64,000 bases of DNA. Source: the human T2T-CHM13v2.0 reference genome, Homo sapiens. The stretch lies in the NCBI RefSeq assembly GCF_009914755.1, contig NC_060935.1; one strand, given 5' to 3'. The position numbers and the translations under genes are program-made. Every line of letters begins with the position of its first letter. The first letter of the stretch is position 1. Shown here in pieces: positions 39,031 through 52,900 of the stretch. The notes under the pieces are model-generated. The model had not been told where the DNA came from, did not search any database, and saw only the letters and a list, made by a program, of their open reading frames with translations.

Positions 39031-42000
39031 TAGATGGAGAGATGGATACCCTAATATTTTTTCCTATATCCCAATAGGTTCATCAGTGAAAATAGCATTT
39101 CTTTACAGACCATTGTACCAGGCGTTCAGAAGTAGGTTGGGAAAGAAAGCCATGGGTACAACTGATTGTGTTTGGGGGTTTCAAAATGTGTTGATTAACT
39201 AGCATGTACTTCATAAAAACAAATAATAGTAGTCATAATTAATAAATATTCAATGTAAAGTATATTCCAGGCACAGTGCTATGCAAATTGCATATTCTTT
39301 CATGCAATACATACAACCACCCTTTGGGGTAGATAAAATTGTATAATTCATTTTACAGATACAGAACATGAGAGTAAGAAGGTTAAGTAACTTGCCCTAA
39401 ATTACTATGTAAGAAATAAATAGGATGACACTTTGCAACCATATCTTCCTCCCATGACCAGTGCCCTTTTCCTTGGTAAGGTCATAATAATGATTATTAC
39501 TATCTCCATTAATACTAAATGCTGTATCTATTGAGCAACTCTTATTTGCCCTCACTGTGCTAGGTGTTGCTCATGGGTAAAGATAAAACATTTGTTCAGC
39601 AAACTCCTTTGATAAGTAAGCCATTTCAGAGAAGGTGAAACTATAAGAGTAAATGGTAGTATACTTTGAAGGATGAAACAACGAATGGAAAAAAAAAATC
39701 CCTTAATATAGGAATTTTAAGTGGGAATATCTAATGTTTAGTTAGAGATTTTTTTTAAAGTATTGACATGTAACACACCTTTTGTTCTTCCACATCTTCA
39801 GTGATCTTCACTACACACTTAAATGTTTTGTGTTTACTTAATCTCTCTTTCAATCTCCTCTCATCCTTCTTTCTCTCCCTTTTTCTTTTCTGATATTCAA
39901 GGACGGGGCCCTACTTTCTGATAAAACCGTTATAGAATTCAGAAGCATGTGGGAAGGGAAGTCTTCATAACCCTGAACAAATTCAGAAAAAGCAAAAATC
40001 TCATGACCAGAATTGAACATGAGAGTGTAAAATTCAGTTTCACCTGAGGAAGGATTTGAAATTCTAGGGAGTATACGATGGCACTCCCATGTAATCTTAT
40101 CTAGATCTGGATGGTTAGAAAATGTCATGTCATTTATTTTTCACAACAGACCTGTGAGGTGGCTGCTGCTATCCTGACCACATTGTATATCAAACTCTGG
40201 GCACGAAGATGAGTATGGGTTCATTAGGAGTTCATATATCTTTGACCAGATTGTGTGCCTAAAGATAACCAAAGAGAAAACCACCTGTACTCTCATGAAA
40301 TAAGGTCAGGTTATTAAAAAGTGCCCTGGGAAGTGGAGCATCTCTGAGATATCTCTATTAAAGCTATAAGTCCTCTCATCATCATCCTATATAATGGAAA
40401 TTCAAGCTAATATTTACTGCTCACTTTGTGAGCATCAGGGGCAGGTCTAAGAACTTCACATCTATCATGTATTTTAATTTTCCTAACAACACTTTGAGAA
40501 AGTACTATTACTATTTTTAGCTTACAGATTGGGAATCTGGGTACAGAGATAATAAGTTTTCCAAGGACACAAAATTATTAAAAACTGACTTTGAAATTCA
40601 TACCTAGAAAACTTGACTTCAATTCTTATGTGAGTGAACACTATTATTTATACTCCCTTTTCTTTTTGAAGGGAGGAGAGATAATAGGAATTTATACATT
40701 ACATACATGTGAAACTTTAAAACATCTAATAGATGCCATTTATTGAACAATCATGATGCATCATGCTAACTAATAGGTATACATTGTTTTATTCAGTGTT
40801 ATAAACACTTTTCAAGATAGCATTAATTTTACCATTTTATTGTCAGGAAACTGAGCTTCAAAAGGATGAGGTAACTTGGTTAGGGTCACGCAGCTGGCAT
40901 CAGAAGTCAGATTCCAATTCAGGTCTGTAGGACCCTTTCAACCTATATTGTTTCCATAAAGCAATGCTGTATGTTTAGTTTCAATGAGTAATCTCATCTA
41001 GTAGAAAATAGTTTGAGCACATTCTTCCTCTTTAATATTTGAGAGGATGCATTGTGCATAAGAAATGCAGCTATTGGATGAGGATTTTTGCCTTCTAATA
41101 CCTTGGGAGTGGCAGTGGGGATTATGCCCAGTCCAAAGGCATCACAGAGACCTTGTAGTGTTGGAAGTCAGAGGGCCCTCCACAACAAACACCATACAAT
41201 ATGCCTGAGATTAGACTCTCCATATCTTCTCTTTAAAAAGCAAAAAAGAATTCTAGAATATTTCAAGAGAAAGAGAAAATTATTGCAAAATATCAAGTGA
41301 GGTTTTATGATCAAATGAGAGTAATATCCTTGTTTTCCTCTTACATGTTCAAACACTCATTCTCTTGCAAGGTCACTTTTTAGTCTGTTTTCTAAGCATG
41401 GTGCCTTCCCAGAATTTCACCTTTAATCCTCTTTCATGGTTACTCTGTTGAGTGAATATTGTTCTTTCTCTTCTACTCTTCCTTTCCCTTCCCAAAAGAA
41501 CTCCACTTTTCACAGTCCTAGAGTTTGAATAGGATTGATATCCACATCTCCTGAGCGAGAAGAAGGCCTTGTAGGCCCTCACCAATAAGCATAATTTCAT
41601 CCTACTTTCTGGCTATACTGACTAGTTCACAAGGGCATACATTAAGTCTGCTTTAAAGGAGTTGGCACTTCATGTTTCTTAAGCCCATATAATTGATAAT
41701 GGATAAGCACACAATTTAAATTGTTCAATCAGCAAATCTTTGGAAGACAGAGCAGGAACTAAATGATAACTGGTTCTTAAGATAATAAATTGCAGGGCCA
41801 AATATCAACTAGACCTACCCTAGTTTTGGACATTTCAATTATGTGAATCAATAAACTACAGAATTTGAATTTACCTTTTGTTACTTGAAGTTGAAAGCTT
41901 CTTAAGTTACCTTATATAATTTCCCTCTGAGGAATGGAATTCACTTTCTACTTATCTAATATTTTAGCTTTTCTGAGGTTCTCCATGTAAAACAAGATAT

Positions 42001-45000
42001 TCACAGAATAAAATTAAATAGTGTATTAAAGCTTTTAGCATTGTGACTGGGTACATAATAAGTACTCAACGTATAGTATCTGTTATTGTTATTGTTACAA
42101 CTATTTAAATTCATTCACCCTTTATCTTCATCTCAGACTCTAGAGCTTCAGTCAAAAATGTATCGCTGCATGTTGCACATCTTTCTATTAGACTCTGTAT
42201 TTCTAAAAATAAGGACTATACCTTTATGCAGAATGTCAAAAAATACCTTAAATCAAAAAGTTGTCATTATGTATTGACTCTTCTATATGCCTTGGCCATG
42301 TGCAAGGTATGTTAATCAGTGTATCTCCTTATTTTTTCTATCCACTCTGAAAAATAGGTATTGCTCTTCTTATTTTACAGGTGAGAAAATTGAGACCGAG
42401 AAAGTTGTTCTACTTTCCCAAGATCATACACTTAACACAAATCCAGATTTATATAATTCCAAAGCTCATGACCTTTTCATTAGGACTTATTATTTTCTTG
42501 GACACAAGCTTTCTTCCAATTGTCATATAACGAATGTGTTTTTATGTTGTCCAATATGTGTGTTTGTTTCTCCATTCAAATTTCAAACTGTAATTAAGGT
42601 AATTTCTTTATCTCTGTTTGCTCACAAGGGTATTATTTAATAAGCCCCATAAAATTCTCCCTTGCGAAATGAAATGTTCTTTCTATTTTAGAAGCTGTAT
42701 AGAGTCGGTTGTGATTGATGGCTGGGATGTAACAAAAATGAAACATGCCAAGACTTTGTAGTGGCTTTGCCTATAAAAGCAGTAATCCACCAACGCCTTA
42801 TTATGGAGTACCTGATTATCATTATGACAGAAATATGGAGCCCAAACATCTTACTTTAATGAGCCTTTCTCATTTGGAGAACTTACTTTGGCTTGGGTTT
42901 GTTCAAAAATACTTTGCTCTTTTGAGACCACAGTACCTAATTTAGCAGCTCATTATACTTTACTGTAAATGACATTGTGTTCTTATTTCTAAATGTTATT
43001 TCCATCAGCACTTGATTTCCTACACATTTGACTTGCATGAGTTTTCTAATATTTCCTTAGATACACAATATTATCTGCATGACAAATTTAGGTAACTTCT
43101 TATAACAGATTCAGTTAAGCTTCATGATGTAGCTTTATTACAATCAAGGTCAAACACTGGCTCACAAGTTTTTATATCATAGTAAAAATCTAAAAGAAAA
43201 TTTCATTTTTGTTCTGTCTCACTTCTCTTCTCCTAATCACCCTATCTATAAATTCTTAATTTTATCAAGCCCATCACTAAAATAAGTGCAAAATAATCAA
43301 TTGTATATTTGTATATCAAGGGAATATTGTCTGGAATTATTTTTGGCAGAGGAAGGAATGTTAAATTATCCATCAAAACTACCTGATATGGGAAAATGTG
43401 GACATTAGCTATTCTTCAGTTACTATTAGCTTTGGTATTTCTTTCTGTGTGTACATCTGTGTCTAATGGGGTGGGGGTGGAGGGTGTCAAGAAAGAGAGA
43501 GAGAATTTTGTTGCAGAGAAAAATAATTTTCACCTGAAACACATGCAATTAAGACGTTATCCTCTCAATTAAGTAATCCAAGATTACTTAAAAGTTTATC
43601 TAGTAATCCATCTGGTTTTGTTGCATGATGCTGTGGCTTAATAGTCAGGTTGTTCACTTTTGACATTACTGCCAGAAAGTTTAGACCAAAATTTCTGGCT
43701 CACACCCATATTAAATGTGTTGCTTATTGTAGTTTGAAGAATTAGACTTTTTAAATGTTTCTGTCTCAGATCCACTCCTTTACAGTTTTTCTTTATTTCT
43801 TTGCCCACATTTAACCTAGGCTAATTTACAATATTTTATTGTGCTGCACAAATCACTTAATAAGCCTTCTGAAATTCTTTCTAGAACAAGGTGGAATATA
43901 ATACATGGACAGTCAATGTGAAGATCCTGAAATCCTGAGTAATTATCCCATATACAAATTTCATCCTTTTTAAAAATAGACACAACCAAGTTATGGTGTG
44001 TGCTTACTGTCTGCCAGGAGCCAGAAGTAGACTGGATGTGAACCTCAGCTGTTAGGCTGAGATATCCTTCTAACTTACTTTGACTCTTACTCTGAAATCT
44101 CTTAAACTCACCCCACCTTCTGCATCCCAAGGGCATTCATTATGGTTCTTTCTCTCACATTCATAAGCCTTTGCATCATGCATTCTAATTTACAAAGCAT
44201 TTTGCAGTGCCTGTTAACCAATCTCTCTACCGCAGGTGCCCATCCATTCTAATCCATCCTGCACACCTATACAGTGTAATTTTCTTAAAATACCATTTTC
44301 ATCTTGCTCAAGAACCTCTATCTGTCATTTTAAGGTGAAACATCTCGTCTAAAACTTCAACAACTTTCAGTAGCTAGCATCATCTTACTTCTACAAATAA
44401 TTCCTCTCTTTAATTTTCAACATGAATCTTCCTCTTCAGTAGTTGCCCTAATTTTTCTCCAGCAGTGCTGTCTTCTTTTCTGCTTCCACATGTAGTTTAT
44501 GCAGTTTCTATTACCTTGAACACCAGCCTAGTTTTCTCCTCCAATTAAAATCCTATTCAATTTTAAAGACTCAATTAATCTACAGTTCTTTCACAAAGGT
44601 TCTGAATCTCAGAGACTGTTCCTAACTATACTTGTTTTTTTTTTTTTTTTTTATCATTTTCTCTAACTAGATTATGTGTTTCTTAATGACAGGCATGATA
44701 TTGCATCATCTCTTGGGTCTGCCATGTTAGTAAGCCCAGCATTGAGAGTTATTATAAAATTAGTAGAAACTTATTGAGCCTCAATCACTCCAAACAATTA
44801 TCAAGTACTCAGCCAGAGGCCATATGCTTTAGAATTAGTAAAATGAAAGACCTAAGAAACTCCAGAAACTCTAATGGCCTGACTTCCACTCAAGCATTTC
44901 AAGATAATACTGAATCAAATTTGTAATACAATCAGAGTCCCCAACACTCTAGAGAGATGAAGATATTCATGGGCTTTGCTCAGTTACCATAAACTATAAT

Positions 45001-45079
45001 TCAATATGGTCATGAGGAAGTATTTCCATAAACACTGTCAAAAAGAATGAATTTGGGTTTTTTAATTCCCGTTTTTCCA

Positions 45080-45850
45080 TTGCTATTACTAATAACTGAG
45101 GCAAGAATCAACAGTGTATGCTAAAAGCAATGGGTGAAATTTTGATGGACTCAGGATTAGAATATTTCTCTGGTCTCAGAATGTCTCACCACAGATTATT
45201 AATTACTTATGAATAAAAAAATGACAACTATACAGTGTAAAAACTTGGTAAACACCACTAGTCAAGTAATCAAAGCTAACATTACCAATTCGTTACAGGC
45301 CAACCTGATACCAGATGCATGCCCCACGATGGAGTGCACTAAAATGACACAGCATCATTCATGTGGTATTTCTGCCAAAAATGCATCACCTGAATCTCAT
45401 CATGAGGAAAAAAAAATCAGAAAATCCCACATTGAGGGACTTCCTGTAGAAACTGTCCTATACTCTTCAAAAATGTCAGTTTCATAGCAGAGAAAGGAGA
45501 TTGAAGAAGAATGAAAACAAAATGCAATGACTGATCCTGGGTGGGATTTTTTTTTTCTGTGAAGGATAGTTTGGGAAGAACTATTGAAATATGTATATTA
45601 GATGATAGTATTGTATCATTGATAATTTCCTAAACTTGCTAGTTGCATTGCGATTATAAATGAATATCCTTGTTCTTAGAAGCTACTTTCTGAAGTATGA
45701 AGGGTCATAATGCCTGTCATTTGTTTAAAATTTCATAAATAATTATTATGGTATTCATCTATGTGTAGCAATAAATATAGATATATTGAGAGAAATGTCA
45801 TGATGTCATAATTAAAGACAATATAAGTTTCATTGTACTAATTCTTGTGA
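45080..45850 (+). mobile_element. Old L1M 3' end
   Basis: acctgaatctcatcatgaggaaa...ttagatgatagtattgtatca wording. Confidence 0.65.
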
Positions 45851-45869
45851 GCCTTGTTTAACTCATCAT

Positions 45870-46365
45870 TGTGGTAGCCAAAATAGTAGCCCCCTAAAAA
45901 TGTCCACATTCTATGTGAATATGTTAAGGTGCATGGCAAAGAGTAATTAAGATTGCTGATGGAATTAAGATGGTAAATTAAACTGGAGATAGGCAAATTA
46001 TCCTAGATTATCCCAGAGGGCTTTATGGAATCACTGGAGTCCTTATAAAAGCAGAAGAGGTACGCAGAACAGGGAGAAAAGGAGAGATGGTGACATGGGA
46101 AGGACTTAGCCTGACATCAGTGGCTTTGAAGATGGAGAAAGGGCCCACTAGCCAAGGAATACAGATTGGCTCTAGAAGTTGGAAAAGGCAAGGAAATAGA
46201 TTCTTCCCTGGAGCCTCTAGAAGGAATGTGACCTGCGACATGCTGATTTTAGCTTAGTGGGACCAATTTCAGACTTTTGACCTAGAGAATTGTGAGATAA
46301 TAAATTTATTATCTAAGCCACTAAGTTTCTTGAAGTTCTTACAGCAGCAATAGAAAACTGATACA
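45870..46365 (+). mobile_element. MLT1D-like solo LTR
   Basis: tgtggtagccaaaata...acagcagcaatagaaaactgataca. Confidence 0.85.
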
Positions 46366-46952
46366 CTCCTTTTTTTTCTGTAAAATTAAAGTTTGAAAAA
46401 AAGCAGCGTATGTGTAGAATGCTTTCTAAGAACCCCAGCTCTAGAGGCAGGCTGTTGAATCAGGGGAGGTAAAAGATTGTCTAAAGGGTTTGTAATTTTT
46501 CGGAAACTTGATTTTTAACACAAATGAAGATGAAGAACTATTCTCAGAGTAGTACAACTGCAAATCAACACAAAATAGAAATAAAATGGAATCAACAGAA
46601 AATGAGACAGGAAGAGAGAATAAAGCTTTAGCCTGAGTCTTCTTTGGCATTTGTCAAGAGAGGGACAAAGGAAAAGGAGATAGTTTATATTTACGTATGT
46701 ATTTATACACATGTAACATTATACATATATTTACTTTATTTACATAGTATGTATTTTATTTATGCTTATTTTATTATATTGCAATTATATATATTATATA
46801 CATATACACACACACACACACATATAACACCCACACACACATATATATGTGTGTATGTGTACATATTGTATCTTTTGGGATGTGTGAAATGTTGAAAAGG
46901 GGACTGAATTCTAGTCTAGCTTTTGTCATCTTAGTTTGGTAAAACTGGGAAA

Positions 46953-47000
46953 TATTGGGCTAGTTCAAAGTTAATTGCGGTTTTTGCCATTAAAAGTAAT
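46953..47000. mobile_element. Half MADE1 (Hsmar1 MITE) inside a MIR
   Basis: caaagttaattgcggtttttgccattaaaagtaat is one MADE1 TIR plus spacer; the second TIR is absent. Confidence 0.75.
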
Positions 47001-48635
47001 AATACAAGTGCTCTGAGCTTCAGACTCCTCAACTCTACCAAAAAAAAAAAAAATCACACTTATCTTGATGATTGCTGTGAGAATTAAATGAAAAAGAGTA
47101 CAAACACCTAAAAGAGGGTTAGTATAAAATGTGTGATCAATATACAGAACCATCAATGCATTTATTATTGTTGCTACTTACACTGGTGCTTCTACTACCG
47201 TTGTTGGTACTTGGCTGTATCCACTTTGTTCTTTCATCATTCAGCCCCTCTTCATCAACTACTTTCTATTTTATTTTTATTTCTTTTCTTTTCTTTTGTC
47301 CTTAGTAAGATGCCAAAAACACAAGTGTATTTACAGGGCTATGTTCCAAAGTTCCACCTGGGCTGCTATGCTGACACTGCTTTCTTTGTCTGCCTCTTAC
47401 AGGTAGGCGTTTCTTAACCTCTAGCCCCTGGCCCTCTTTTGTTGTCAAACTATATTTATTTTCTGGATGGCCTTTTTATTCTGATTACTTAAGATACTGT
47501 GTCACTATTGAGGACATCTTAATTTACGTATCCAATTGAGTTCCATGTCTAAGTCACATCCTCAAAGTCACAGAAAGGCAGAAATGTAAATTAGACCCTT
47601 GAGAGGCTTCTAAGGGAAAGAAGAAAAACTGGGAGGAATGGTGGCTTAAGAAAAATATCGGACGAAGCAAAACTAGTTTTGTCATATTTTTTGCTTTTGT
47701 TGTATTTTAGGGATAATGGAGTTTTTAGTACTTTGTATACTAGGAGGAAGTTGCTGAAGAAAATAATGAAAATAAAAGAAAGATGACTGAAGAGGCAAGA
47801 TATCAGGGGATATTTAGAGGGAGAACTTAGTATGATGTCTGAGTAGGATAAGTCAATAAGAACACAAATTCTCAGAATTGAATTTGAAGGAGGAGAGGAG
47901 GAGTCAGCTACAGATGCATTGAAAGTTAGAGAAACTCACTTCTTTGAATTTTTTGTTTCCAAAAACTGCAGCCTTCAGGAACTGGTTGACAGTTGGTCAT
48001 ATAGTATGTCTGAGGAGCCTATGTTGGAAGAGATTTGATGTTTTTTTCCAGTAATTTCAATGTTTTAGTAATTTTGATATTGATTATTTGACCAAGGAGC
48101 CATCTGCCATCAGATAAAATGACACAAGGCAATTTGAAGCCCACCATGCCTTTTCCTCAAATATTGGAAAAGCAAATGAATAGATGAATATTGTGTGTGT
48201 TTGAATAAAGCCTCCAGACACAATTTTTTGCACATGATGAAATTCTAAGACATCTTTATAATATAGTCTCTGTTGGCTTAATACACAGAGACCTTCTGTG
48301 TGGCTGCCTCTACCGGGGTCTGGAAAACGTCGTCAGTGTGCAGCAAACACACACAGTAAGATGCACTGTGAATTTCTAAGAGTCTCCAAAGACTGAAGAC
48401 AGTAAGTCATTCAGAGTCATGTTAATGGCAAAGCTGCCAGAAATGGGCCACACACCCTAATTCAAATGACCCTTTCTTCATAAAAAGTCATAAAAAATGA
48501 CCGTATAAGAACCCAATTCTTCTCGAATGCATGAATAGGATTTGTATGTATAATCTATGGACTACAGTTTGAAACAAGTCTAATATGACCCAGCTGTGTT
48601 GCATAATAAAACTGACAATGAAAGCACGGTCTAAG

Positions 48636-48654
48636 AGGCCACCAGATGGCAGCC
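48636..48654 (+). promoter_or_regulatory. CTCF motif
   Basis: AGGCCACCAGATGGCAGCC closely fits the core CCACCAG(G/A)(G/T)GGC(A/G). Confidence 0.7.
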
Positions 48655-50147
48655 TCTTCATGTTTAACTCCTGTGGTTACCCCTAGACCTGCTGGATTTT
48701 GTTTATTTTTAGGGCCCAGGACTTCAGAGTAGAGGAAAGGATTAGAAGTAGGAATTCAGTCAAAGGCCACAGACAGGTAAAAAGAAATGGATTTTCTTTT
48801 TTAAGTTTGTTTTTTATTTTATTTATTTTGTTTTGTATTCAGAAAGATGCTGAAATCACAAATGTGTTTATAGGGCTCTGCCCCTAAATTGCATCTGGAC
48901 TGACTGTGTTGGGACTGGTAGACCTCAGGCCAAGCGGGACAGTATGAACCTGGAAAATAAGCAGAATATGTCTCTTTCTGGTGGTGGCAGCCGCCTCAAC
49001 TCAAAGTCCCTGATTACCCCTGCAAGAAAAATTGTCTCGTACTTGTTTCTTAGGCTTTTAAGTGGTTGAAAAATCACTTTATCTTTTATTTACTTAAAAT
49101 CCTAATTTTAATTTTTTCCTTTGTTATGCACTTTTAACTTCATAATTTTTCTTAATGAAATTTTAGAAAAGACAAAATGACTTCATTCAATAAACGCAGC
49201 AAATGTGTTTAAGTTACTTTTTAAAAAACATTTTATTTTACACGTATACTAAATAAGAAAAAATTTAAACATAAAAAGTGAAAAGAAATAATGAAAATAA
49301 TATAACGTCATCACCACCCAAATATAAACTCCATAAACTGTTATCTAAAAATCCCATGTCTCTATAAACAGAATTATCTCCAAAACAGGATTTTGCTATA
49401 TATACTGTTTTGCAGATTTTAAAAATTGACAATGTATCATATACATTTTTCTATATTAAAAATATATTTCCATGCTATAAATTTTAATGGTTATATGGTG
49501 CTCTGTAATTATGTCACAGTATGTTCAACTGGGCCTTTACCATAAAAATGTTTTTAAAAAGACTATAATTTTATAAAATCATTAGTTAAGCAGGAGAGTA
49601 AGACAGGATAGAAATGAAAAACATGAGCAAAGAAGAGAAATGCAGACAGGCAACGGAGAACCACCCAGGAAAGTTGAGGTCAAAACAGAGGAGAAGTAAA
49701 GGACACATGAAAGATAGAAAGGGGTAAAGATAGAGGAAAAGAAGAAAACAGAAATGATCTGCAGTAAACCATCCAGCAAAGACTTGCTTTTGATTTGTGT
49801 TACAGGTTTCTGATGATCAACCTTTATCTTTCTACTTTGAAATACTGAGCGGCTGACAACCGCTCTACAGTTGTTCTTTATCTGAAAGGATGGTAAATTT
49901 TCACTGAAGGGCACGGTAAAGAAATGTAAACAGCAAATATTAATATTAAAATTGTTCTCTAGTTGCAGCTACAGAACAGAGGAATGCAAACTGATTATTT
50001 GGAATTAAGCAGAGGATCAAATCTCCAGGAAAAAAAAAGACAAAAACATTTTCCTATTTCTAGTTCACTTCATAAGCTTGTGAAAAGAACACACTGCCTG
50101 GACGTGATGATTTATATGAAATGATGTCCATGAAATACAATTATATC

Positions 50148-50203
50148 ATATTTAAGGTGATGAAATATTATATAGATATTTAAGGTGATGAAATATTATA
50201 TAG
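50148..50203. repeat. Perfect 28-bp tandem duplication
   Basis: ATATTTAAGGTGATGAAATATTATATAG x2. Confidence 0.95.
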
Positions 50204-51155
50204 ATAATAAAAATGCATGAGCTTACTCTTTTTAGCACATGTAGACAATAATATGTGCAAGGATACATAGTGACTTGGGACTGACTATAAAATTGGGGAC
50301 ATAAGGGCATGGTAAAAGAATAATTTTGCTTTCTATGCAATATTTTTTACTTAGAATTTTTATAGTAGGGCATGTATTGATTTTTAATAAAAATAAATGA
50401 ATAAAAAGAGAAAATGTCAGCTCACTGAGCACAAATCACTCATGAACAGAGGGAAGGGGGATGATTCCTCAAAGTGTGTAAATCGTGGCTGACAAGAACA
50501 GCCTCTCTGGTCTCACTCCATTGATCGCTTTCTCCAGCAGCCTCAAAAGGCCTTATTCTCAGCTGGTGTCATGCGACTCTCATGTCACAGGACGCATTTT
50601 AAGCCTCCCTTGAAGAAAATTCTTTGTAAGGCTTGGATCTAGACCTCTTTCTCTTCAAATAGTTGCAGATGGCAGCCTTAGGTTTCATGAAGGAAGAGGG
50701 TAGATTGGCAGACTTGAACAATTAAAATGAGTGGCTTCAGAGGGATTTTTAAATTCTCTGAATTTTACAGTGAAGACCCTCTTTGCTGAGAGTAAAGCAG
50801 TAGGATGAGAAAGTAAAGCTAGAGGAAATATTCTTCCTGAAATAAAGGTGTTCCAAAAATAAATGTGATTGAATTGGGATAGATCCACTGTAATGATGCC
50901 CTCAAATATTAAATCTTGGCTCCAGGGAGCTTGCAAAATTTCTACAAGCCATTATGAATATTTCTTAGAGCTTAATAAAATCATATATTTTATCATAGTA
51001 AGGCTGTGTAAGTTAGCTAAATATTGAGTTTTCCCTTGTTTAGAAACATCTCTGCTCACTTATACTTTATGCTAAATTCTGGAATAGAAATTCATATATT
51101 TTTAATAACAATGGAAAAACAATAATCTCTTATGAAGTGAAATCTTTACCCTGCC

Positions 51156-51707
51156 TTTTTTAAGTTGACAAATAAAAATTCTATATATTTATGATATACA
51201 ACATGATGTTTTGATATACATATACATTGTAGAATGGTTAAATCGAGGTAATTAGCATATACATTACCTTACACACTTACTATTTTTTGTGATGAGAACA
51301 TTTAAAATCTCAGCAACTTTCAAGTACACAATAGATTATTATGAACTATAGTCACAATAATGTACAACAGATCTTTTGAACACATTCTTCTCTCTACCTG
51401 AAATGTTGTATAATTTGACCAACCTCTCCTCAACCCCACAGCCTCAGCCTCTGATAACCACCATTCTACTCTCTGCTTCCATGAGTTTGACTTTTTTTAG
51501 ATTCCATATATGAGTGAGATGGTGTGGCATTTGTCTTTTTGTGCCTGGCTTATTTCACTTAACATAATGTCTGCCAGGTTTATTCATGTTGTTGCAGATG
51601 ATAGGATTTCCTTCTTGTTTAGGGGTGAATAGTATTCCATTGTATATATATGCCACATTATTGAAATCCATTCATCTGTTGATGGACACTCCGGTTGATT
51701 CCATGTT
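51156..51707 (-). mobile_element. L1MA 3' end
   Basis: ccaccattctactctctgcttccatgagtttgact...gtgcctggcttatttcacttaacataatg. Confidence 0.9.
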
Positions 51708-52279
51708 ATTCTACCTTTGACACCAAGTCTGCGTACCTATTGAGCTCTACTCTTTCTTTAATCTTCTGGCTTGTTTTCTTTCCTGTGTCTTAGTAACTGG
51801 CCACTCTACCTTTGCCTCAGGATCCTCTTCTGTGCCTGATACCTCTGAGCAGCTCTGGTCAGATCTACTCAAAACCTCAGGTTCCTCATCCTTCATTCCT
51901 GCAGAGGATATTCCCTACTTTGAAGTAAATAAAATTTGTTTTTTCTTGATTGGTAACATGTTCTTTTCAGAAATCAGGAAGAATCTTTGTGTTCAGGACC
52001 CTTGAAAAGTATCTGCTGTAAGGGTGATTTTTGAGTAGCAGCCATCAGAGAGCAGGCTCTTAATCTGGTAGCATAAAATACAATAAAGCAACCAGAGTAC
52101 TGGTCATGACATTTGGTAACTTGGTAACACCAAAGTAGCTGAGGGAAGCTTTTAATGAAGATTGTGGAGGCTTATCTCAAACATTAAAAAATTAAACAAG
52201 TCTTACTTTTTAGTTCTTAAGTAACAGGAGGACATCTCTTTGTATGTAGGTACTTTATTTCTCTAGGATAATTTTCAGA

Positions 52280-52900
52280 AAATAATTTGTCAGTTGACTA
52301 CTTTGGGGGGCAACTAAGTTATTTTGGAGATTCTGTTAAGTCCTGGGAGAAATTAAAGATTAAAAACTTATTTCTTGATCTCTAGCCATTCATAAATGTA
52401 ACAGGCAAGTCTATATAATGCAATGTAATGTCAAATATAATATGTTCAAAGTACCAATGAAGTACAGAGGCAGAAGAGCTGAGAGGATCTTATGTTTCTT
52501 GAAGAAATATTTCAGCTGGTCCCCAAAGGTTTAATGAAAAAAAAATTCAAAATGAAAATAAAGAAAAATCTTGCTGGTGGGAACACCATGAACAAAGGCT
52601 TGGAGGCATGAAAAGTACATGACACAATGGAGGAAAATAAGTACAGAATTATTGCTAGAATTAAAGACAGAGGAGATTGTAATGGGGAGAAAGTCTAAAA
52701 ATAATTCCCAGACCAGAACATACAGTGCCCTGAATCCCAGGCTAAGAAGATTTCATTTCTTTCTGTATTCCGTGAAAAGCCCTTGAAGGATTTTAAGTGG
52801 AAGTATTTTTAGAACTATGCCTTAGAATGAGTTATCTTACTGCTATAGTCAGATGGTAAGATTGAAAGCCAAAAAAACCAATTATTAAAATAACACCAAT
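52280..52900. mobile_element. L2 fragment
   Basis: gggaacaccatgaacaaaggcttggaggcatgaaa...ccttgaaggattttaag. Confidence 0.6.

Noticed and set aside
49845-49866. GAGCGGctgacaaCCGCTC hairpin resembling the lac operator
   Set aside because: 6-bp stem and partial match in otherwise native primate DNA with no vector context; consistent with chance.
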